Source: Candidatus Melainabacteria bacterium 17Bon1m (GTDB lineage Bacteria; Cyanobacteriota; Vampirovibrionia; Obscuribacterales; Obscuribacteraceae). Taken from it: a DNA stretch of 64,000 nt. Both the position numbers and the translations under genes were made by a program. The notes under the pieces are model-generated. The model saw only the letters and a list, made by a program, of their open reading frames with translations. It searched no databases and had not been told where the DNA came from. Each line of letters opens with the position of its first letter. The stretch's first letter is position 1. Below, in pieces: positions 57,651 through 64,000 of this stretch. Location: the NCBI GenBank assembly GCA_032128875.1, contig JAVLKG010000002.1, forward strand, positions 192,001-256,000, given 5' to 3'.

Positions 57651-57679
57651 ATAGTATGTGCATACCGACGGTGTGTCAA
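57651..57679 (-). promoter_or_regulatory. Sigma70-type promoter of the aroF-tyrA operon
   Basis: TTGACA-N17-TACTAT on the minus strand. Confidence 0.85.
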
Positions 57680-57925
57680 TCAAAAAGTGTCCTGACGGCC
57701 CACGAGTGTCTGCAAAAAAATACGATGAGGATGCCGCAAATGCTTGGTAGTACAGGTTTTTGGGCGTGAAGCTTTTAGGTGCCATTGTGTAAAGCGTCAA
57801 TCGAAACATATCTGCGCAAAACCAAAACCACGCAAGTTCCGCATGTTTGGCGCGTCTTCACATACTTATGCTGACCGAACGTTCAACAAATGAATGCGAT
57901 CGAGAGAACTTCTTTCATTCAATAG

Positions 57926-57985
57926 ATCTCTTTGTCCAAATCTCTTCGTCTAAATCTCTTCGTCTAAATCTCTTTGTGCAAATCC
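57926..57985. repeat. Tandem 14 bp repeat ATCTCTTYGTSYAA x4
   Basis: Units start at 57926, 57940, 57954, 57968. Confidence 0.85.
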
Positions 57986-58253
57986 TTATATAGAAGAAGT
58001 TGGATCAAATCCGGGAAATTGGCTCCCTCTTTTCCGTCAGGGTGGGAAGATTGTTATAGGCATCAGTTATAAGCATCAATTCTTCCGCGGTTTTCGGAAT
58101 TTTTGGTTTTGGGCGTTCAAAGTAGGCACTATTGAGATTTTGCTGCGTCAGCGTTGTGAAAGGAAACTCTGATATCCACTAAGAGCAGGAAGTTTGGCGG
58201 TTCGCCATGGGCGAGAGACGAGACTGCGTTGAGAGTCTGTAAGAGAGAAGAAC

Positions 58254-58724
58254 ATGAGTTCAATGAACATTCTGGTCGCCATTGATGATTCGACGTTTTC
58301 GGACGCCGCTATCTCTTCTGTAATAGAGCGGAGCTGGCCGGAGGGCTCGAAGTTTAAGCTGCTCAGCGTCGTGGAGCCGTTTCACCCTGAATACGCCGGC
58401 TGGCATACAAACTACATGCCTGTGGCTGTTGAAGCTCAAAAGGAGTTGGTCGAGGCGGCAAAAACGCTGGTCAACGAGAAGGTAAAGCAGCTGACGAGCA
58501 CTTTTGGACGGGAAAGCGTCTTGGCTGAGGTTCGAGAAGGATATGTCACGGATACGATTCTGGAGGCAGCCAAAGAATGGCCGGCAGACCTCATTGTCGT
58601 TGGGTCACACGGGCGCACAGGCATCACCCGCTTGCTTTTAGGTAGCGTCTCGGAGGCGGTTGTATCTCAGGCGCCTTGCTCGGTCGAAATAGTAAAAATG
58701 CCCAAAAAGCATGCTAAGGCTTAG
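58254..58724 (+). CDS. Universal stress protein
   Basis: ILVAIDDS, DLIVVGSHGRTG...LLGSVSEAV...APCSV. Confidence 0.95.
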   Translation: MSSMNILVAIDDSTFSDAAISSVIERSWPEGSKFKLLSVVEPFHPEYAGWHTNYMPVAVEAQKELVEAAKTLVNEKVKQLTSTFGRESVLAEVREGYVTDTILEAAKEWPADLIVVGSHGRTGITRLLLGSVSEAVVSQAPCSVEIVKMPKKHAKA

Positions 58725-59210
58725 TTTTCGGCATTTTATTAGATTGAGTCTTTGTTAAAACGGCATGAAAAAGACGCCCCCTGGAGGGCGCCTGATTTCC
58801 TGAATGCCGGAATTAGGCGTGCTTTTCGGCTTCGTCTTCCGGAAGGTTTTCCCAAGAGTCGAAATAAGCCTTCTTTCCGCCCATCCAAAGCGAAAGAAGA
58901 ACCCAAATTCCCATAATGGAAATCAGAACGATTGGCGTTGTTGAAGCTGGCGTGTTTTCCATTGTTCACCCGGTATTTGACTGTTTTGAAAGCTGAAAGA
59001 CCTGCTACTGGCTGAGTATACAGCAATAGCCACTCCTCAGATTATAAACATTTGAACCGCAGGTTGGTAGTATTAACTCCAATTAGCTTCCTCTTGTAAT
59101 TGCCACAGATTGAGGCTCTGGCGCTATAAAGCGGCTCATGGCTTCTATTAGCTATGTGCTATAAAGACGGTTGGTTTCAACACCGTCAGGGTGAGAAGAG
59201 GAATTTTTCA

Positions 59211-60239
59211 ATGAGTTCTAAACGTTATTCGTCGCTGCTTTTGACTGCTTTGTTTATCAGTTCTACAGCAGCTGCCAACGCCGGTTCTAAGTCCATGCTG
59301 GACCCATACGCCGCCGTTCAAGCGCCTCCCAGCAAGAAACCGAAACCTATCGCTCGCCCGGCACATCAAGATGTGACCGAGTCGACGCATACAACTTATA
59401 TATCGATGCCGATGCCAGCCGAAGAAGCAGCGAAAGCCAATGGCGGTGGCGGAAAGTTCGGCGGGCTCTTTGGTGGCAAGAAAGAAAAAGTTGCCAAGGC
59501 TCCGAAGCCGGAGAAAGTTGCAGAAGCGCCAGCCGAGAAAGGTGATGGCATTGCAGCCAAGTCTCTTGATTCGGTAAAGAGTGCTGGTTCGACCATCGTA
59601 GGCGGCACTAAAGCGGCGGGTTCCAAAATCGCTGAAGGTTCGAAAGTAGTTGGTGGCGGCATTGCCACCGGTGCTAAGAAAGTGGGCGGTGGAATCGCCA
59701 GCGGAGCCAAAGTCTCCGGAGATTATTTGATGAAGGGCGTTCACGCCATCGGTCACGGTTTTAAGGCCACCGGTGAAAAGGTGAAAGACGGCGCCGGATC
59801 TGCAGGCTCTAAAGTTGCCGGGCTTCCCAAACTTCCCAAACTCTGGGGCAAGAAAGGCGGTGGCGGCCAAGAAAAGGCAAAGCAAGAAGCAATCGCCAAA
59901 GCAGTAGCTGAAAGAAAAGCCGCACAGCAAGGCGCTGCGCAACAAGGACAAGAAGTCGCCAAAGATTCAGAATGGAACAGCGATCCAGTAGCTAATGGTG
60001 AATCCAAGCCAGTTCCGATTGCCTCTCCTGGTCAACAAAATACTGTTGGATTCCAGGCACTGCAACAGCAAGCGAGCAGAGGACAGAGTAAAGGCGGCGG
60101 TATCACCGGCGGATTCTCGAAAGCAATCGGCAAGTTGAATCCCTTTGGTGGCAAGTCCAATTCAGCAGTGCACCCTGTAGTTCGCCCGCAATCAATGAAT
60201 CAATCGACTGCGGCAACTCAAGAAGCAATCCCGCAATAA
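59211..60239 (+). CDS. Secreted Gly/Lys/Ala-rich protein with 11-residue repeats
   Basis: AGAGG RBS, signal peptide, GSKIAEGSKVV/GGGIATGAKKV-type repeats. Confidence 0.75.
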   Translation: MSSKRYSSLLLTALFISSTAAANAGSKSMLDPYAAVQAPPSKKPKPIARPAHQDVTESTHTTYISMPMPAEEAAKANGGGGKFGGLFGGKKEKVAKAPKPEKVAEAPAEKGDGIAAKSLDSVKSAGSTIVGGTKAAGSKIAEGSKVVGGGIATGAKKVGGGIASGAKVSGDYLMKGVHAIGHGFKATGEKVKDGAGSAGSKVAGLPKLPKLWGKKGGGGQEKAKQEAIAKAVAERKAAQQGAAQQGQEVAKDSEWNSDPVANGESKPVPIASPGQQNTVGFQALQQQASRGQSKGGGITGGFSKAIGKLNPFGGKSNSAVHPVVRPQSMNQSTAATQEAIPQ

Positions 60240-60291
60240 CGCACTCGACTGCAATCCAAGAGTAGTTCACAGCAAATCTATAGCCAAAAAA

Positions 60292-61254
60292 GTGAAGTCT
60301 CTCGACCAATCACTGGACCATTTGTCCGCGGTTAGAAAGGCAATTCGCCCCACCACCCTTATCCGAAGCCCCAGGCTGGATGAGTTGGTTGGCGCCGAGG
60401 TGCTGATTGCCAGCGAGTCTTTTCAGTACACCGGCAGCTTTAAATTTAGAGCAGCCTATTCGGCAGCTTTTCGTTCGCCCGCTAGTCGCTTGATTGCCGC
60501 TTCTTCAGGCAACTTTGGACAGGCTCTGGCGTATGCCGCCTCCTTGATGAAAAAGGAGGCGATCATCGTCATGCCTGATAATTCAGCTGGGGTTAAGATT
60601 GAGTCTGTGAGGCGGTTTGGCGGGCGGGTTGAACTCGTCGAAACCAAGAAAATAAGCCGCGCTGAAAGAGTCGCACAACTGTCTGCAGAGTATCCTGATG
60701 CCCAGGTGTTGAGCGCTTACGACCACGACGATGTGATTGCCGGAAATTCTACTTTAGGAGCAGAACTGGCTGAGCGTGCCGGCGATTATGATGCGGTGAT
60801 AGTGCCTGTTGGTGGTGGCGGCTTGAGCGCCGGGTTGATCCTTGGAATGCGACAAGCAGGCTCCAATATGGACGTCTATGGTGCAGAACCTCTATTGGCC
60901 AACGATGGGAAACGCTCGCTGGATGCCGGCAAGATCATCGTAAACGAGTCAGAACCGCAGACAATTGCCGATGGTGCACGAACGGTAAGTTTGGGAGAAC
61001 GCAATTGGGCGATATTGCAAAACGGCATCAAAAACATTCTTGAAGTTAAAGAAGAAGAGATTGAAGGTGCTGTCCGCTCCTTGTTCAACCTGGCCAATTT
61101 GAAGTCTGAACCCACGGGCGGATTGGCTCTGGGTGCCGCAGTTGCACATAGGCAACTTTTCCAAGGCAAGCGTATTATCTGCATCGTCAGTGGGGGCAAT
61201 GTCGATACGGAAGTTTTCTTCCGCATTGTTGCGCAAAGCGAGCTGGCATCGTAA
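60292..61254 (+). CDS. PLP-dependent threonine/serine dehydratase family protein (no ACT domain)
   Basis: GSFKFRAA, SSGNFGQ, PVGGGGLSAG, TIADG, SGGNVD. Confidence 0.92.
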   Translation: MKSLDQSLDHLSAVRKAIRPTTLIRSPRLDELVGAEVLIASESFQYTGSFKFRAAYSAAFRSPASRLIAASSGNFGQALAYAASLMKKEAIIVMPDNSAGVKIESVRRFGGRVELVETKKISRAERVAQLSAEYPDAQVLSAYDHDDVIAGNSTLGAELAERAGDYDAVIVPVGGGGLSAGLILGMRQAGSNMDVYGAEPLLANDGKRSLDAGKIIVNESEPQTIADGARTVSLGERNWAILQNGIKNILEVKEEEIEGAVRSLFNLANLKSEPTGGLALGAAVAHRQLFQGKRIICIVSGGNVDTEVFFRIVAQSELAS

Positions 61255-61262
61255 GCACCGCT

Positions 61263-61287
61263 GTAGGGGAGCCCCATGTGGCTCCCT
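61263..61287. repeat. GTAG-type REP-like palindrome
   Basis: GTAGGGGAGCCCCATGTGGCTCCCT, near identical to 42321-42345. Confidence 0.8.
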
Positions 61288-61321
61288 GTCAGGACAGCTC
61301 GGCGCTTCCCGTATTATTCCG

Positions 61322-62059
61322 TTAGCGAATGATTTCGCATTCGGGCAGCCATTTCGTCAATTCGACCATGCCCGGATAAGTAACCAGGGTGCTGCGCAGC
61401 CAGAGTTCTTTCAAGCTGGTCATGCGACACAATTGAGTGACGCCTGCATCTGTCACTTTTGTGCAGTTTAGGCGAAGTACTTTCAAATTCTTCAATGACT
61501 TGAGAGCGCTCAGCCCCTTGTCAGTGATTTTGGTAAAAGACAGCGACAGTGTCTCCAGCGATTGGAGGCGGCCAAGATACTCCAGGGCGCCGTCGCCGAT
61601 GTCCGTGTCGTCCAGCTGGAGTTCTTTCAATTCACCGTAATAGGCAAACAGCGGGGCGGAAATGTTTGTGATTTTTGTCGATGAAAGGTTGATGCGCTTC
61701 AGTTTCGATAGACCTTCCAGAAAATGCATGCCGATGTCGCCGACATCAGTGCAGCTTATATCCAGCTGTCTCAGATGGATCAGGCGCCCAACATGCTCGA
61801 GGTCTTCATCTGTAATCTCAGCTCCCAGAAATGAAACTGAGTGCAGTACGTCATTTTGAACACGAGTCAGAGGCTGGCAACCCAATAGCTCGTCAAAACT
61901 AAAATACAACGCCAATTTAGCGTCGTTTGGCACTTTTACTGGGCCGATTGCCTCACCCAGAAAAGTCGTCGCACCATTGTCGCTCAGGGTATACAGCTCA
62001 CCCAAAGACCTTTCATTCGGAAACTGGATAGTTTTGACGTCTGGAATTGAGGACACCAT
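61322..62059 (-). CDS. Leucine-rich repeat protein
   Basis: 24-residue LxxLxLxxTxITDxGL repeats. Confidence 0.9.
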   Translation of the reverse strand: MVSSIPDVKTIQFPNERSLGELYTLSDNGATTFLGEAIGPVKVPNDAKLALYFSFDELLGCQPLTRVQNDVLHSVSFLGAEITDEDLEHVGRLIHLRQLDISCTDVGDIGMHFLEGLSKLKRINLSSTKITNISAPLFAYYGELKELQLDDTDIGDGALEYLGRLQSLETLSLSFTKITDKGLSALKSLKNLKVLRLNCTKVTDAGVTQLCRMTSLKELWLRSTLVTYPGMVELTKWLPECEIIR

Positions 62060-62375
62060 AGTGAGATCCCGAGGCATTTTTAGTCGCACAGCCTGACACG
62101 TCCGCGTGAACGCAATGAACGTGCCTTTTTATTATTACCCACCCAGTAAATTTTGCATAGGAACGCACCTGGAAAGAAAGTTGTGATCACCCAATTGAGG
62201 GATTCTCGCCGTGGGATTTTACCCTACCTCGTTAGGGTTGTGGCGCCGTAACTCGGTACCTCAAAGACAGCCCAGGACGCCTTTATCGGAAGTCTAGTTC
62301 TTCCGGAAACCGTTCCAAAAACCATTCCAAAAAGTGGTCCGAAAAACAATCGATGAAATTTTCCAACTGCGCTTC

Positions 62376-62415
62376 AAAGAAAAGACACCACAGGTGGTGC
62401 CCGTGGTGTCTTTTC
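62376..62415 (-). terminator. Intrinsic terminator downstream of speD (bidirectional shape)
   Basis: GAAAAGACACCAC / GTGGTGTCTTTTC inverted repeat with T-runs on both sides. Confidence 0.8.
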
Positions 62416-62443
62416 ATTTTAGAGATTTCTACCGCTAACTAAT

Positions 62444-62467
62444 AGGGAAGGCTTTCGCCTCCCCTAC
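62444..62467. repeat. GTAG-type REP-like hairpin after speD
   Basis: Minus strand GTAGGGGAGGCGAAAGCCTTCCCT. Confidence 0.55.
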
Positions 62468-62473
62468 AGATTG

Positions 62474-62899
62474 CTAGACTGAAGCAGCCATTCTTTCGCG
62501 TTCGCTTTCCACGATGCTGCCGGCTCTCGCCAAGCTGCGCGGGAATTCCCGTCCGCGTTGAAGCACTTGCTTCTCTACGGATGTGGGCTTGAAGACGCTC
62601 TTGAAATAATCGATTGCTGCGTCAACATCAAATTCACGGCAAGAGAAAATGTCGAGAGTGACAAATCCCTTATCCGGGAATGTGTGGATGGAGATGTGCG
62701 ACTCGGCGATTAGCACTACGCCGCTTACTCCCCAGTCATCCGGTACTGTACCGGAATATCTGAACACATACGGCGGCATGATCTTAGTCATATCTAGTTG
62801 TGCCGGGTATGCATCCAGCGTTTCGCTAACCAATCCGAGATCTCCGAGAAGATCTTTGGGGCAGCCATACGCTTCGAGAATGAGATGTGGTCCGAACAT
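62474..62899 (-). CDS. speD: S-adenosylmethionine decarboxylase proenzyme (pyruvoyl type)
   Basis: GPHLILEAYGC, GVSGVVLIAESHISIHTFP (ES cleavage site), DIFSC; GAGGGGG RBS. Confidence 0.92.
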   Translation of the reverse strand: MFGPHLILEAYGCPKDLLGDLGLVSETLDAYPAQLDMTKIMPPYVFRYSGTVPDDWGVSGVVLIAESHISIHTFPDKGFVTLDIFSCREFDVDAAIDYFKSVFKPTSVEKQVLQRGREFPRSLARAGSIVESERERMAASV

Positions 62900-63520
62900 G
62901 TTTCTTCCCCCTCTTGTGTGCTCGTTGGTGTGACGAACACGTAGTGGAATCCAGTGTGTCCAGAGCGAGAGCTCTGTGGGGTACACGAAACGCTTACTTA
63001 ACACCAGTGTTGGACTACTTCCTTTCTGGGAGTTGGGCGTTGTTGTGTGGTGCGAGTCGTCCTCCGTTGGGATTAATGACAAATGCGTTTCGCATTCTAC
63101 AAGTAAAAAGTCTGATTTGCACGGAAAATGTTCCCGCCGCAACATTTTCGCTCTTGAGCCCGACAGGCACCAAAGAAGCGCTCCTTGATAAGGTGGTTTT
63201 TTAAGCTCTAAAATCACCACTTGAAGACGCGCTATATATGCCGGTTTTCGACATTTGTTAGTTTTCGTTAATGTTGGGTTTCGCGCGCCATTTTCTCCCT
63301 CCTGCGGGGGAAGTCAGAGGCTGACAGCGTTTCCGTAAGTGTTACGAAGAACGGCTTGGTAAGCCAGTATTGCTAGACCAAGAAAAATTGGCCCAGTCTT
63401 TTTCAAGCCAAGCGGATCAGTTTTGTTTCATCTCTGAGCGCGCAACACTTTTAGCTTGTGCCTGTGAAGACCTGCTTCTGATGCGCGCTTTTGAAGGCGT
63501 CCTTAAGGTTTTGTTCAAAA

Positions 63521-64000
63521 TTAGACTCTCACGCGAGCAATCTTCACCGCGACATTGTCCTTGAAGTTGGAGGTGATGTTATCTGCCAATCGCTGGTCAG
63601 CGGTCACCCAAAACTGGCTTCCCACGAGGATCGAGTGATTCTTTTTGCCTTTCGGGAAATTCAGAATTACCGGATCTTCACCCTTGTGGACATTCAATAT
63701 ATCTTTCAATCGGTGCAAGTCTGCAAAAGTTTGTTCGGAGGAGAACGAGATGCTGACGAGCGAAGCATCAGCTATCAGGCGGACTGAATTGCACATCAGT
63801 GACAAGCCTTCATCGTTTTTCTTCGTCTTCGCTTTTACCAGCAACAAGTTTTGCGGCAGAAGAACATCGGCTGGAATCTTTTCCAACTGTTCGCCGTAGA
63901 TGACGACTTCTCGCGTGCCAAGCAGGTCTTCAAGCTTGACGATACACAGAAGTTTGTTCATCTTTGTGAGCTTCTTTTCTATGCCAGCTGCCAGACCGCC
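63521..64000 (-). CDS. dnaE: DNA polymerase III alpha subunit, C-terminal fragment (runs off the window)
   Basis: OB-fold ...KKLTKMNKLLCIVKLEDLLGTREVVIY and C-terminal LKDILNVHKGEDPVIL. Confidence 0.8.
   Translation of the reverse strand, partial: GGLAAGIEKKLTKMNKLLCIVKLEDLLGTREVVIYGEQLEKIPADVLLPQNLLLVKAKTKKNDEGLSLMCNSVRLIADASLVSISFSSEQTFADLHRLKDILNVHKGEDPVILNFPKGKKNHSILVGSQFWVTADQRLADNITSNFKDNVAVKIARVRV

Noticed and set aside
57564-57809. 81 aa ORF ending FWFLFLVL
   Set aside because: It spans the promoter and is the off-frame reading of leader 1.
58739-59026. 95 aa ORF in the usp downstream gap
   Set aside because: No RBS or recognisable motif; likely non-coding, although a small RNA in this gap of about 480 bp cannot be excluded.
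5052-62899. A polyamine gene cluster (spermidine synthase-like, gabT, speD)
   Set aside because: The genes are tens of kb apart with unrelated genes between them; no evidence of linkage.
63160-63195. SAM-I riboswitch suggested by minus-strand CTTATCAAG...GGTGC upstream of speD
   Set aside because: Lacks the GAGGGA/GGCCC kink-turn and pseudoknot, GCAAC and the closing GATAAG of P1; the spacing is too short.
62900-63220. ORF-track N-terminal extension of speD
   Set aside because: Not protein-like; the strong RBS and family start are at 62899.

Overview
Gene-dense, mostly core chromosomal window of a bacterium. The protein repertoire (MshEN-like repeat proteins, membrane Ser/Thr kinases, TPR and LRR proteins, no photosynthesis genes) suggests a non-photosynthetic cyanobacterial relative such as Melainabacteria/Vampirovibrionia. 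That assignment is inference only. Core genes: sbcC, a membrane-fused spermidine synthase-like gene, rsmG, malQ, purB, gabT-like, aroA, aroC-aroB-pheA, aroF-(chorismate mutase/tyrA), speD and the 3' end of dnaE. Accessory content: a surface-glycan modification cluster (about 9-18 kb), a Spy/ECF-sigma/anti-sigma module and several tandem paralog pairs. About ten GTAG-type REP-like palindromes sit in intergenic regions. No rRNA, tRNA, CRISPR array or transposase was seen. The most striking feature is missed by the ORF track: the aroF-CM/tyrA operon has a near-consensus sigma70 promoter followed by TWO consecutive leader peptides packed with Phe/Tyr/Trp codons (MSNFGFYFWYFEVRQG and ...SYYWYFFFFAGGTPGQV). 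Each leader has its own mutually exclusive antiterminator/terminator hairpins, which looks like a tandem ribosome-mediated attenuator sensing all three aromatic amino acids. Other notable items: a multicopper-oxidase fold that has lost most copper ligands, a GT4 fused to a phosphoglycosyl-transferase domain lacking its catalytic dyad, a BPH/HslV-like protease with a basic H1-like tail, and an HPD-less J-domain/MshEN-like giant acidic protein.
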